IMG/VR virus record: IMGVR_UViG_3300002835_000070
Coordinates: 38,229 to 102,228 of that record
Length of the DNA: 64,000 bases
Reading direction: 5' to 3' (one strand)
Source of the DNA: a virus
Under the pieces are notes generated by a model. That model was not told the origin of the DNA. It made no database searches and worked only from the letters and a program-made list of their open reading frames with translations. The position numbers were made by a program, and so were the translations under genes. Positions 26,949-36,723 of the stretch are shown in pieces. Within the stretch, counting starts at the first letter, position 1; each line of letters opens with the position of its first letter.

Positions 26949-27734
26949 ATGAATTTAAGATTAGATACAAGGTTTGAAGAAATGTGCTTGGTAGTAAAAG
27001 TAGCAGTTACAATGCCTACTAAAGTCAGAATTAAAATTTTTGATGAACAAAAACCTAAAATTGTTTTTACTGATAGGTATAAAACAGTTAATTCAGATTA
27101 CACTTTCTTTGTCCGTATGCCAATCACGTCTAAAAGCGTTATAATTTCAGTGTATGATGATAGAAGAGGAAATTCGCCACAAAGCGAAGATAAAAACATC
27201 ACGGTTGTTTCAGTTGATAAAACACCGTTACAAAAAAGGATTGATGTAGTCGATATACATAATCCAACAATTGCTTATTTTATAGATTTTGCGCAAAGAT
27301 TTTGTTTTAACGCACCTTATTTAGAAGCAAACAAATCGTATCAGTCAGACAACGGAAATATTATGATAGAGTATTTACCGACTATTACAGATTCAAAAGG
27401 AAAAGAACTTACAACACCTGCGAGAATATCAAGAATGACAGGTCGTATTCAAGTATCTAAAAGGCAATTTGATACTTATACTATACCTATGAGATTTGCG
27501 ATTCTTTGCCACGAATTTAGCCATTTCTACGTTAACGAAGATATGCACGATGAGAGCGAAGCAGACTTGAATGGGTTATTGATTTATTTAGGGCTTGGTT
27601 ATCCAAGAATTGAAGCGTGTGAAGCGTTTTTAGAAGTTTTTGAACACTACCCAAGCCAAGAGAATAAAGTTCGTTACGATAAGATTAAAAACTTTATCGA
27701 CAACTTTGAAAAAGACAATATAGTATTTAGGTAA
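26949..27734 (+). CDS. Zincin-type metallopeptidase (candidate maturation protease)
   Basis: AILCHEFSH (HExxH) followed by ESEAD (third ligand Glu); no TM. Confidence 0.75.
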   Translation: MNLRLDTRFEEMCLVVKVAVTMPTKVRIKIFDEQKPKIVFTDRYKTVNSDYTFFVRMPITSKSVIISVYDDRRGNSPQSEDKNITVVSVDKTPLQKRIDVVDIHNPTIAYFIDFAQRFCFNAPYLEANKSYQSDNGNIMIEYLPTITDSKGKELTTPARISRMTGRIQVSKRQFDTYTIPMRFAILCHEFSHFYVNEDMHDESEADLNGLLIYLGLGYPRIEACEAFLEVFEHYPSQENKVRYDKIKNFIDNFEKDNIVFR

Positions 27735-27753
27735 AATTAAAAAAATAGAGATT

Positions 27754-28965
27754 ATGGAAAATGAAGAAATTATGGTTAAACCATTAAGACTTGAAGAACC
27801 AAGAAGATTAGAAACAGGGCTTTCAAACATAAATTTGAATCCAATAGACGTAGTTGAGAAATTAGGTAAGTATGAGTTTATTTATGATTACCAAGTTCCT
27901 AATTTTTCTTTGCTAAATTATCTCCAACCATTGCAAAGTATAGGTTTTACTTTACCATCTACGATAAAAGAAGTTGCTTCAAATGCTAATATGATTGCGC
28001 CAACTTCGATTTGGTCAGGACAATCTTTTCCGCAACCCGTAAAGTTTAATTCAGAGCCACAAGTAGGTACTTTTTCAAAAGGCAATATAGTAAACGTAGT
28101 TCGATTTGAGGGAAATAATGCAATTATAGAAAACCCAAATTATGTTGAACCTGACCCTAACGCACCTAAAGGTAGTTTTTTTAGTAGTCTTGGAGATTTA
28201 AAAAAACAAAAAGAATTTACAATTCCTAAAAGTTATTTAAGAAAAGTTGATGATTCTTTAGCGGTAACTGTTTCGACAGGTATTCTATATGGGGCTAATA
28301 TGCTACAACCTGTTTATGTAAGTAATCCTGTAAAGCCTGTATATGACACTACTCTTGAACAAAATGCAACTTTCGTATTAACTAAAGACTTTGATTATGT
28401 TTCAGGAAGCAAAATGATAAACGATGGAATTAAATCAGGCTCAATACCTGTTTTTTCTACTTTGAAAGCAGGAACAAAAGTTTCGGGTAGATTATTTAGT
28501 AAGTACATTAAAGGATTTAGCGGTGGAATTGCAAGTGCTTACAGACCTGATACTCAACAAAATGTTCTTGAAGTAAAAAATTATGGTATTCAAGGCTCTA
28601 TTGAAATTCCAATCGAATATTTGACAAGACCTATTGTATCAGTAGTTTCTTTAGTAGATAAAAAAACAGGGAAATGTAATCAAACAGGATTAATTCAAAC
28701 AATGGAATACAACCCTTGTAGAGTTTCTGCAATAATGGGAGAAACTTATAAAGGGTATATTTCAGGCGGTTCTTTTTACACTACTGACGGAAAAACTTTT
28801 ATACCAATAAACGAGTATAAAATTATTGAAGAAAATAACGGTTCAGGTATTCCAACAAATAGCAGTACATTTATTCCTGAAAATATTGACAATAAAAATC
28901 TATTGATGATAGCAGGTGCTTTTTTAGTAGGGTACGTTTTATTCAATAAAGGTAAAAGCGAATAA
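27754..28965 (+). CDS. Large C-anchored beta-rich protein
   Basis: TM tail; small repeated beta modules ending in 'IP..YL'. Confidence 0.75.
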   Translation: MENEEIMVKPLRLEEPRRLETGLSNINLNPIDVVEKLGKYEFIYDYQVPNFSLLNYLQPLQSIGFTLPSTIKEVASNANMIAPTSIWSGQSFPQPVKFNSEPQVGTFSKGNIVNVVRFEGNNAIIENPNYVEPDPNAPKGSFFSSLGDLKKQKEFTIPKSYLRKVDDSLAVTVSTGILYGANMLQPVYVSNPVKPVYDTTLEQNATFVLTKDFDYVSGSKMINDGIKSGSIPVFSTLKAGTKVSGRLFSKYIKGFSGGIASAYRPDTQQNVLEVKNYGIQGSIEIPIEYLTRPIVSVVSLVDKKTGKCNQTGLIQTMEYNPCRVSAIMGETYKGYISGGSFYTTDGKTFIPINEYKIIEENNGSGIPTNSSTFIPENIDNKNLLMIAGAFLVGYVLFNKGKSE

Positions 28966-28985
28966 TTTTAAAAAAAATAAAAGTT

Positions 28986-29720
28986 ATGGCAAATAAACCA
29001 ATTACCGTAAACAAACCTTTAACGCTTGTTTACTTCAATAATTTAATTCTTGGGGAATTAAGAAAAAACGGCATTAATTGTTGGATTGCAGGTGGAGTTT
29101 TAAGAGATTATTTTTCAAATCAGCCTCTAAAATCTGATTGCGATATTTTCTTTCCTAATGTTGCTGAATACAATAAAGCAAAAGAATATTTAATTTCTAA
29201 AGGAGCAAATACTATTTGGGAAAGCGAAAACGGAATGAAAGTTAATTACAATGGTAAAACTTTTGATTTGGTTAAAATATTCAGACCAAATCCAATAGAA
29301 ACTATTAATCGTTTTGATTTTACGATTTCAATGTTTGCTACTGACGGAAATGACGTTTATTACAGTGACAATTCACTTAAAGACTTACAGGATAGAAAAT
29401 TGGTAATCAATAATATCATTAATCCTTTGAGTAGTTTAAAAAGGGTTTTGAAGCATTATAGAAAAGGCTACACTATGTCTGCTCAAGAAACTAAAAAACT
29501 ATATACTGCTTTAAATAACATTCCTTTTAACGATACAGACGATTTGCTTAATGCTAACGGAGGTTCGGGGCAAAGTATGGGGGGGCAACCAAGCTATACG
29601 GCTCAAGATACACCTGTTGCGCCTGAAGTTAAACCTGACTACGCTAAATACGCTATGTTCGGAGTTCTTGCGATTTTGGTTGGATATACATTATTTAAAA
29701 AAACTAATAAAACTGAATAA
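28986..29720 (+). CDS. Poly(A) polymerase/CCA-type nucleotidyltransferase head domain with C-terminal membrane anchor
   Basis: IAGGVLRD, DCDIFF and RFDFTI; then an LLNANGG linker and TM. Confidence 0.8.
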   Translation: MANKPITVNKPLTLVYFNNLILGELRKNGINCWIAGGVLRDYFSNQPLKSDCDIFFPNVAEYNKAKEYLISKGANTIWESENGMKVNYNGKTFDLVKIFRPNPIETINRFDFTISMFATDGNDVYYSDNSLKDLQDRKLVINNIINPLSSLKRVLKHYRKGYTMSAQETKKLYTALNNIPFNDTDDLLNANGGSGQSMGGQPSYTAQDTPVAPEVKPDYAKYAMFGVLAILVGYTLFKKTNKTE

Positions 29721-29722
29721 TT

Positions 29723-29884
29723 ATGGGAAGTTTCAGAGGAGTAAACATATATAGTCAAAATTTTCATCAAACAGTTAATTTGGCTCAATAGAAAGCATTT
29801 ATGGATGAGCAATATAGACTTGCTCTTGTTTACTTCAATAATTTAATTCTTGGGGAATTAAGTAAAAACGGCATTAAATTTTAA
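29723..29884 (+). pseudogene. Chimeric remnant: 5' copy of gene 30369 joined to an internal piece of gene 28986
   Basis: First ~75 nt match the start of 30369 but carry an in-frame TAG; ~29824-29877 match ~29025-29078. Confidence 0.8.
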
Positions 29885-29901
29885 TAAATAAAAATATAAA
29901 A

Positions 29902-30366
29902 ATGGGTGGTTTAAGTATTAAAAGTATAGGTAATTTTGTTTCAAACAATGTAAAATCTACCGTAAGGAGTGGCGCACATTTAGCACAACAGTACGTTAAC
30001 AACCCTATAACAAGAGCTGTTGCGCCAACTGCTTTATCTGCAATTGGAGTACCGCCTGAAGTTTACGATGTTGTGAAAAATTTACAAAATTCAGGTTTAA
30101 ATAGTCTTCAAGACATAAAAAAAGCAGTTGTAGGTAGCGAATATAGTCAACAAATTCAAGGCTTGACCGAAGCTGATTTTAAAGCAATGACAAAAAAGAT
30201 TGAAGAGGAAGAGGAAAAAAAGAAAGAGGAAGAAGAAAGAAAGAAAGAGGAAGAAGAAAGAAAGAAAAAAGAGAATAAAAAGACATTATACCTAATAATT
30301 GGCGGAATACTTTTAGTTACGACTGCCTCCTTTGTGATATACAAACTATTAAAGAAAAAACAGTAA
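29902..30366 (+). CDS. C-anchored protein with EK-rich stalk
   Basis: EEEERKK repeats and TM. Confidence 0.8.
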   Translation: MGGLSIKSIGNFVSNNVKSTVRSGAHLAQQYVNNPITRAVAPTALSAIGVPPEVYDVVKNLQNSGLNSLQDIKKAVVGSEYSQQIQGLTEADFKAMTKKIEEEEEKKKEEEERKKEEEERKKKENKKTLYLIIGGILLVTTASFVIYKLLKKKQ

Positions 30367-30368
30367 TT

Positions 30369-30896
30369 ATGGGAAGTTTCGGAGGAGTAAATATAGATAG
30401 TCAGAATTTTCATCAAACAGTTAATTTGGCTGAACAAAAAGCATTAATTGAAAAACAATTAAAAGAGCAAGAAAGACAATATCAATTAGCACAAAGCCTT
30501 ACGGATTACCGTAATAATTTGAATAATTCTACATTTCCTGACGGAGAATATTATGTTACGTCTGATTTTAATTCACAGGAAGTTCGTTTTCAAGGCGATG
30601 CTTATAACACACGTCAACAGTTTATGGCTATGCCAAATCCTGTTTTAAGACTTTTCAAAAAAGGGGATTTAGTTAATGTAGTTACCTTTACAAAAGATAT
30701 GGCTATGAATACTGTTAAAGCGATTCAAACCAATTCGGGTACTTTTTACGCAGACCAAAATAAACTTTCTAAAACAAAGCCTGTTGAACCTGTTACAACT
30801 GAATCGTTGGCTGAAAATAAGAAAAAAGATGACGATACTATTAAAGTAATGATTGTAGGTGCTTTTGTATTAGGGTTTTTATTGAGCAATGATTAA
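30369..30896 (+). CDS. C-anchored protein
   Basis: TM tail. Confidence 0.8.
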   Translation: MGSFGGVNIDSQNFHQTVNLAEQKALIEKQLKEQERQYQLAQSLTDYRNNLNNSTFPDGEYYVTSDFNSQEVRFQGDAYNTRQQFMAMPNPVLRLFKKGDLVNVVTFTKDMAMNTVKAIQTNSGTFYADQNKLSKTKPVEPVTTESLAENKKKDDDTIKVMIVGAFVLGFLLSND

Positions 30897-30907
30897 AGAC
30901 AACCATA

Positions 30908-31198
30908 ATGGATAAAAAGAAAAAAGTTTTTATTGTTCTTGGTGTTGTTGTTGCTTTAACAGGAATAGTATTGTTTTTAATACCGCCTAAAGCAAAAGTA
31001 ACCATAAGACAAGATGGAAGTGGAACTGCTTCATTGGGAGGTTCTACAAAAAACTTCTCATTGAATAAAGGCGTTGACATTACAACTTTTAACGGATATG
31101 AATTACACGTCTTCGGGGAAGAAATTTGGTTGAGAAAATGGGGTAGAGATGTTCTTGATGCTAATGGAAAACCTAAAGTAGAACTTAAAGCAGAATAA
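30908..31198 (+). CDS. N-anchored protein
   Basis: TM; weak similarity to 36355. Confidence 0.75.
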   Translation: MDKKKKVFIVLGVVVALTGIVLFLIPPKAKVTIRQDGSGTASLGGSTKNFSLNKGVDITTFNGYELHVFGEEIWLRKWGRDVLDANGKPKVELKAE

Positions 31199-31203
31199 TT
31201 AAT

Positions 31204-31764
31204 ATGAATTCAAATACAAAAAAAACATTATTAATAGGTGGGTTATCAATCGCAGGATTGGCAACCGCTTATTTTTGGTATAGAGATAAACAGAATAGAA
31301 GACCCGTTGGAATTATTGATGACCAAGACGTTGATTTTGATTATGAAAATGCAATAGGTAAATTAAATTCAGATAAAGTTAGAGAGGGAATTGAAATTTC
31401 TATAAACGAATATAAAAAAAGTCTTGAACAAACTCTTAATGATAAAAAATACGCAAAGTATTTGGGTCAAAAAATTTATACTTTAACAGATAACGTTAAT
31501 GTTAGAATGGGTGCGGGAGTTAATAATGGCATCATTAATAACATAGCAGGAACAATACCTTATAAAAAATCATTTATAGGAAAAGTTGTAACCGCTAAAT
31601 TGGGCGATGACAAAAAAATATGGTTTGCCGTAAACGAAGAAAATTCAAACCAACTATACGAAATAAAAAAGAATTTCAGTTGGGATATTATGAAAAAGAA
31701 TGACCCGTCTTTACGTTGGTTTAGGTCTGATGTAGTTGTAATCAATATGAACAAAAAAAAATAA
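31204..31764 (+). CDS. N-anchored protein with SH3b-like domain; paralogue of 35295
   Basis: IYTLTDNVNVR..VNNGIINN versus IYTKLDDVKAR..VNNGLIDN. Confidence 0.7.
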   Translation: MNSNTKKTLLIGGLSIAGLATAYFWYRDKQNRRPVGIIDDQDVDFDYENAIGKLNSDKVREGIEISINEYKKSLEQTLNDKKYAKYLGQKIYTLTDNVNVRMGAGVNNGIINNIAGTIPYKKSFIGKVVTAKLGDDKKIWFAVNEENSNQLYEIKKNFSWDIMKKNDPSLRWFRSDVVVINMNKKK

Positions 31765-31768
31765 GGTT

Positions 31769-31864
31769 ATGAAAGATAAAAGAATATTATATTTTGGCTT
31801 TGCAATAGTTGCAATTTACTCGTATATGACATACTCAAGGTATCAAAAAACTAAAAATTTATAA
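31769..31864 (+). CDS. 31-aa membrane peptide (not in track)
   Basis: MKDKRILYFGFAIVAIYSYMTYSRYQKTKNL. Confidence 0.6.
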   Translation: MKDKRILYFGFAIVAIYSYMTYSRYQKTKNL

Positions 31865-31866
31865 AA

Positions 31867-32244
31867 ATGTCTAATATAACAGAGCCAATAGGTAACACAG
31901 ACGGTGGGGGCGCAAAGCCCTTAACAACTCCAATTATGGTAGATGGAATTGCTTTTAAATTTCAAAGGGATGCAGACGAGTATATTAGAACGAAAAACGC
32001 AATGACACCTGCTCAAATTAAAAAAGAAGCGGACGATATTGCTTTAGCAAAAGCAACTAAAAATAAGGAAGTAATTGTAAGTATGATAAAAAATACCGCT
32101 ATGGTTTCGGCAGTACCATTAGGACTTGCTTATTTTTCCTATTATCAGAAATATAGTTTAACAAAAGGAATAGCAGTTGTGGTTATTGGTAGCGGGATAG
32201 CCTACTCTATGGCTATTGCTTACGCTTTTAGAAATGGAATGTAA
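31867..32244 (+). CDS. Two-TM protein
   Basis: Paralogue of 13471. Confidence 0.75.
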   Translation: MSNITEPIGNTDGGGAKPLTTPIMVDGIAFKFQRDADEYIRTKNAMTPAQIKKEADDIALAKATKNKEVIVSMIKNTAMVSAVPLGLAYFSYYQKYSLTKGIAVVVIGSGIAYSMAIAYAFRNGM

Positions 32245-32256
32245 AAAAATAAAGTT

Positions 32257-32823
32257 ATGAATAATAAAAATTTATTAATAGGAGTTGGTGTAGCCGTTGT
32301 GGTTTATTATTTGTATAATCAAAATCAAAAGAAAAAAATTCAAGCAACAACGACATACGATGATGCTGAATTAAACAAGTTAGTTACTGACTTTGTTAAT
32401 AAGGCAGTCACTTATACAGAAAAGAGAGAGCCAAATGCAAAACACAAAACTTTTAAAGAAATTTTTGATGGTACTATGCAGATTATTAACAATGCTAAAA
32501 CTAACGGTAAAGACGTAAGTAAAAACAATATTGATAAATTATTATCTATATTAGAATTACAATACAGAAACGAATCGGGAGATTTATCTTTAGGTCAAAC
32601 TACAAAAGAGCAATTTGATTTTATTGTTAATTTAACCCAAGAACCTACTCCTGTTCATTATTCAAATGGTTTTTTTCCCAAAACCCCCGTTGACGTTCAA
32701 AATAATCAACTTAATAATTTAGGTTTTACAAAAGAGCAATGTGAAAAAGCAGGTAAAAAATATACCGAAGTAGAAGTTCAATGTATAAAAGCACCTTGTA
32801 GTGGGCTTGGAATTTGTAATTAA
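32257..32823 (+). CDS. N-anchored protein with C-terminal four-Cys module (VQCIKAPC)
   Basis: TM; C..AG...QCIKAPC...C. Confidence 0.75.
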   Translation: MNNKNLLIGVGVAVVVYYLYNQNQKKKIQATTTYDDAELNKLVTDFVNKAVTYTEKREPNAKHKTFKEIFDGTMQIINNAKTNGKDVSKNNIDKLLSILELQYRNESGDLSLGQTTKEQFDFIVNLTQEPTPVHYSNGFFPKTPVDVQNNQLNNLGFTKEQCEKAGKKYTEVEVQCIKAPCSGLGICN

Positions 32824-32849
32824 AAATTAATTTTAAAAAAATATAAATT

Positions 32850-33182
32850 ATGAATTTAGACCCAAAACAAAAAAAGTTTTTAATAATTGCAGGTTCGGTT
32901 GTTTTAGGAGTTTACTTAATTAGTAAATGGCTACATAGTTTACCAAAAGCAGAACCCGCAGATTCACAGACTTCAACTTTAGATATTGAAAAAGCATTAA
33001 AAAGAGGCTCTCAAGGATTAGAAGTTTCTGAATTACAAAGAATACTTAAAAAGGATTATAATGCCGATTTAGGCAAGTCAGGGGTTAACCAAGACGGAAT
33101 TGACGGAGATTTTGGATTAATAACAGAGGTTGCGTTAAGAAAAGCAAAAGGAGTAACAAAAATATCATTAAAAGACTTATAA
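32850..33182 (+). CDS. N-anchored peptidoglycan-binding (PG_binding_1) protein
   Basis: LKRGSQGLEVSELQRIL...IDGDFGLITE. Confidence 0.8.
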   Translation: MNLDPKQKKFLIIAGSVVLGVYLISKWLHSLPKAEPADSQTSTLDIEKALKRGSQGLEVSELQRILKKDYNADLGKSGVNQDGIDGDFGLITEVALRKAKGVTKISLKDL

Positions 33183-33183
33183 T

Positions 33184-33540
33184 ATGAAAATAGATATAAA
33201 AGACGAGAAGACACAATTGATAATTGGCGGAATAGTATTGGGAATAGGTTTTTTAACTTACTATCATTACAGAAACAAACCAATTACAATCGGAAATCAA
33301 ACTATTGATACAAATCCGACCCCACCTCAAACTAATTTAGACGTTAATTTAGTTTTAAAACAAGGTTTAGAGGGTGCTGAAGTTTCTGAATTACAAAGAA
33401 TCCTTATTAATGATTACGGTCAGGATTTAGGTTCTTTTGGAGATAACAAAGATGGTATTGACGGAGTATTTGGAACAGTTACTTTAGCGGGTTTATTGAA
33501 AGCAAAACAGGTTTCTGAAATAGCATTAAAAGATTTGTAA
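33184..33540 (+). CDS. N-anchored peptidoglycan-binding protein
   Basis: LKQGLEGAEVSELQRIL...IDGVFGTVT. Confidence 0.8.
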   Translation: MKIDIKDEKTQLIIGGIVLGIGFLTYYHYRNKPITIGNQTIDTNPTPPQTNLDVNLVLKQGLEGAEVSELQRILINDYGQDLGSFGDNKDGIDGVFGTVTLAGLLKAKQVSEIALKDL

Positions 33541-33541
33541 A

Positions 33542-33721
33542 ATGGGAAAAGGTTACTACATAGTAGGTGCGGTTTTAATTGGATTTGGGGCATTTTTGCT
33601 TTACAACAAAATTAAAAGCGGAAATGTAAATTTCAACACAAGAAGTCAAGACGACATAGTAGAAGCGGAAGACGGAAGTCATTTGATTCCTCCTATGGAA
33701 GTACTGCCTTTAGCAACATAA
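33542..33721 (+). CDS. 59-aa N-anchored protein (not in track)
   Basis: MGKGYYIVGAVLIGFGAFLLYNKIK... Confidence 0.7.
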   Translation: MGKGYYIVGAVLIGFGAFLLYNKIKSGNVNFNTRSQDDIVEAEDGSHLIPPMEVLPLAT

Positions 33722-33734
33722 AAATAATTGAATT

Positions 33735-34067
33735 ATGAAAAATAATCAAAAAGTAATAATCGTATCAGCAGGGCTAATTATATTAGGTCTTTACTATTTT
33801 TACAAGCAAAGTAAGCAAAATTCAGAAATTGCAAAAGAAACAACTTCCCAAAGCGGAACTTCAAATACAACACCTGCAAAAGCAGATTGGGATAAAGTTT
33901 TGAAAAAAGGCTCTGTGGGTAAAGAAGTAGAAATACTTCAAACGGCATTAAAACAATTAACCGTTGACGGAAATTTTGGTTTACTGACAGAAGATAGGCT
34001 AAAAAGAGTTATGAAAGTCACGGAAACGTCATTGAATCAGTATAATAAATTCATTAAAAAAAAATAG
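33735..34067 (+). CDS. N-anchored peptidoglycan-binding protein
   Basis: LKKGSVGKEVEILQTAL..LTVDGNFGLLTE. Confidence 0.8.
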   Translation: MKNNQKVIIVSAGLIILGLYYFYKQSKQNSEIAKETTSQSGTSNTTPAKADWDKVLKKGSVGKEVEILQTALKQLTVDGNFGLLTEDRLKRVMKVTETSLNQYNKFIKKK

Positions 34068-34071
34068 AGTT

Positions 34072-34590
34072 ATGAATAAAATTGCAGTAATAATAGGAAG
34101 TGTTGCGGTATTAGGTATTGGGGCATATTTTTACTTTAAACCTAAAGCAAAAATAGAAGATGCAATAGGTTCGGGAACAACAGGTTCGGGAACAACAGGT
34201 TCAGGCACAACGGGTTCAGGTTCAACAGGTTCAATAGGTTCAACAGGTTCAACAGGTTCAACAGGTTCAACAGGTTCAACAGGTTCAGGCTATCAACTTC
34301 CAGGAACTAATTATACCTCTCCTGAACAAGTTGCAGAAGATGTAAAAAAAATAGCAGAAGCAACAGAACTTGCGAAACAAATTGATGCTATAAACAAAAA
34401 AATTGATAGCCTAACAACGGCTAAAAATAATCCCGTGCAACATTATGGATTTGGACAAAGTGCTTATACAAGAAACGCAGTGTATCAACAACAAATCAAT
34501 AACGAAAATAAAAAACGTGTTCCTTTAGTAGAGAAGTTAAAAGATTTAGGATATACTGAATCGTATGGCATAGCCGTTAAAATAAGATAA
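34072..34590 (+). CDS. N-anchored protein with GST/GSGTT tandem linker
   Basis: 9-bp (ACAGGTTCA) and 15-bp tandem repeats at about 34168-34290. Confidence 0.8.
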   Translation: MNKIAVIIGSVAVLGIGAYFYFKPKAKIEDAIGSGTTGSGTTGSGTTGSGSTGSIGSTGSTGSTGSTGSTGSGYQLPGTNYTSPEQVAEDVKKIAEATELAKQIDAINKKIDSLTTAKNNPVQHYGFGQSAYTRNAVYQQQINNENKKRVPLVEKLKDLGYTESYGIAVKIR

Positions 34591-34691
34591 TAGCAAATTT
34601 AACATATATAAAAGTTAAATAAATATTGTTAAAAACATTGTAATTTTAATTAACTTTGTTGTGAATAATTAAGAATTTAAAAAATAAAAAA

Positions 34692-35120
34692 ATGGCAGTA
34701 ATAACTTGGGATACCGTACCTGACTATGACCAATGGGGCATTGATTCTTTTTGGAATTGTGAAGATTGGATTATTTGGCACAAAAAGTTAGCGGAGCATT
34801 TTGGTAAAGAAAGTGCCAAAGAACTTTGGGATTATGCGTATGCAAAATCAGGAAGTTTAAGTTCTAATCTTGATTGCCGAACATTTAATTCTACTTTTAG
34901 ACAGTATGTAAATAAAAATGGCTTGTCCCCTTATGCTAATGCAGGTGTACTTGCACCCGTTCTATCAACTTATGGAACGGCAAGTGATGTATTAGGTGGT
35001 ACTTTATCAGGAGTTTCTTCTTTTTTTGCAGGAGATAATGTAAAAAAGGTAATGAATATCCTTTTAATCGGGGGCTTTATTTACGGTGGAATTTATATTT
35101 ATAAATCTTTTAAACAATAA
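34692..35120 (+). CDS. Trp-rich C-anchored protein
   Basis: TM tail; TAACTTTG box upstream at 34651. Confidence 0.75.
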   Translation: MAVITWDTVPDYDQWGIDSFWNCEDWIIWHKKLAEHFGKESAKELWDYAYAKSGSLSSNLDCRTFNSTFRQYVNKNGLSPYANAGVLAPVLSTYGTASDVLGGTLSGVSSFFAGDNVKKVMNILLIGGFIYGGIYIYKSFKQ

Positions 35121-35125
35121 AGTTT

Positions 35126-35290
35126 ATGAAAAATAAGAAAGCAATTGTAATCGCAACAACTTCTATAATAGTAATAGGGTTACTTTATTTCGCAATAAAA
35201 AAAGCGAGTGTAAAAGATATAAATACTGACCCAAAATTAAAATCAGATTTTGATTCGGTAATTAAAAATATTGATGACGCAAAAAAATAA
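35126..35290 (+). CDS. 54-aa N-anchored protein (not in track)
   Basis: MKNKKAIVIATTSIIVIGLLYFAIKK... Confidence 0.7.
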   Translation: MKNKKAIVIATTSIIVIGLLYFAIKKASVKDINTDPKLKSDFDSVIKNIDDAKK

Positions 35291-35294
35291 AATT

Positions 35295-35864
35295 ATGAAC
35301 GGAGATAAAAAAATGTATTTGTATTCAGGATTAGCAATCGCTTTAGCGGTAGTTGCCTATTTAGTAATCACAAAGAAAAAAGATATGCCAAATGCTTCAA
35401 GCGAGGGTACGCCCGTAGCTGATGATGGCGGAAATGTTGCTACTACTACAACAGGCGAAGTAGTTTCTGAAGAGCAGGTAATTATCCCTACGGCTTTATC
35501 TGAAATATTAAAGAAAACCTCTGCTCAAGCAACGGTAGATTTGGTAAACAAGCCTATTTATACAAAATTAGACGATGTTAAAGCAAGGTATCAAAACTTT
35601 GTAAATAACGGTTTAATAGATAACGTTATGTCAACAATAACTAATAGAGGAACTCTTTTGGGTAATTTAATACAAGTGGTTGACGATAAAGGAAAATTGA
35701 CTAATGCTGACGGAAGAATATTAAAATGGTTTAGAATAAAACCATCTCAAATCGCATTAGACGATATGAATAGAAACAAAAGTTTTTTAACACACGTTTT
35801 TTTACCTAACACAACAGGAAAAGAAATTTATGTAAGAGAAGATACAGTAAAATTAGAAAAGTAA
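35295..35864 (+). CDS. N-anchored SH3b-like protein
   Basis: Likely start MNGDKK at 35295; paralogue of 31204. Confidence 0.7.
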   Translation: MNGDKKMYLYSGLAIALAVVAYLVITKKKDMPNASSEGTPVADDGGNVATTTTGEVVSEEQVIIPTALSEILKKTSAQATVDLVNKPIYTKLDDVKARYQNFVNNGLIDNVMSTITNRGTLLGNLIQVVDDKGKLTNADGRILKWFRIKPSQIALDDMNRNKSFLTHVFLPNTTGKEIYVREDTVKLEK

Positions 35865-35868
35865 TATT

Positions 35869-36348
35869 ATGAGGCAATATTTATCAGATAGTATAATTGA
35901 TGACGATTCAAACAATGTATTAGACGGTGGTTTGGGTGGTAGTTCAGGAAGCGGTTCAGGCGGTGGCAGTTATGTTATGCCAACAGGAGGAAATTTAGGC
36001 GGTGGCTCAAATAGCGGTTCTCAAATAGTAGAACCTGATTTGATAAACCCAATTGTTTTTATAAACAATACTTCAAATGGAAGTTCTCAATCACAACAGG
36101 TAGTTGATGAAATTTTGTCGCAACAAGAGGCAAATCAAAATACAGGAAGCCAAACAAGCACTCCTAAAAGTAATGCGATTCCAAGCGATACAAGTGATGA
36201 AACTAAAACCTACGTTGACGGTGGCACAACGCCTAATTCTACCATTAATTTAAAAAAACCAAAGCCAAACTACCTTACTTTAGGAATTTTAGGTATTATT
36301 GGTTTATTGGTGGTTTACAAAGTGTTTTTTAATAAAAAAAGCGAGTAA
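35869..36348 (+). CDS. Low-complexity C-anchored protein
   Basis: G/S-rich; TM tail. Confidence 0.75.
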   Translation: MRQYLSDSIIDDDSNNVLDGGLGGSSGSGSGGGSYVMPTGGNLGGGSNSGSQIVEPDLINPIVFINNTSNGSSQSQQVVDEILSQQEANQNTGSQTSTPKSNAIPSDTSDETKTYVDGGTTPNSTINLKKPKPNYLTLGILGIIGLLVVYKVFFNKKSE

Positions 36349-36354
36349 AAAATT

Positions 36355-36708
36355 ATGAGTATCAATTCAAGCATATCATTAGTAAAAGAAAGTAAAATCG
36401 TCCTAAAGGTAGTTGCAATAGCAACTGTGTTTACTGCTTTAGGCGGTGCGTATTACTTTTTTGTAAATAATGTTTGGAAGCCAAAAGTAACGGTTTTAAG
36501 CGTAGATTTTGATAATGGATTTGCGACATTACAATTGCCTTTTGGCAGAAAAGTTGATATTTATGGCGATTCTCAATTTTTGATTAGCGGGGATTGGGGT
36601 GTAAGATTCGGCTCGATTAATAAAAATGGAAAGGTAGCATACGAAAATATACAATTATTAAAACACGGTTTAGTTGTTGAATATTTAGACGTGTCAAAAG
36701 TAATTTAG
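36355..36708 (+). CDS. N-anchored beta-domain protein
   Basis: TM followed by beta strands. Confidence 0.75.
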   Translation: MSINSSISLVKESKIVLKVVAIATVFTALGGAYYFFVNNVWKPKVTVLSVDFDNGFATLQLPFGRKVDIYGDSQFLISGDWGVRFGSINKNGKVAYENIQLLKHGLVVEYLDVSKVI

Positions 36709-36723
36709 AAAAGCAAAAAAAAT

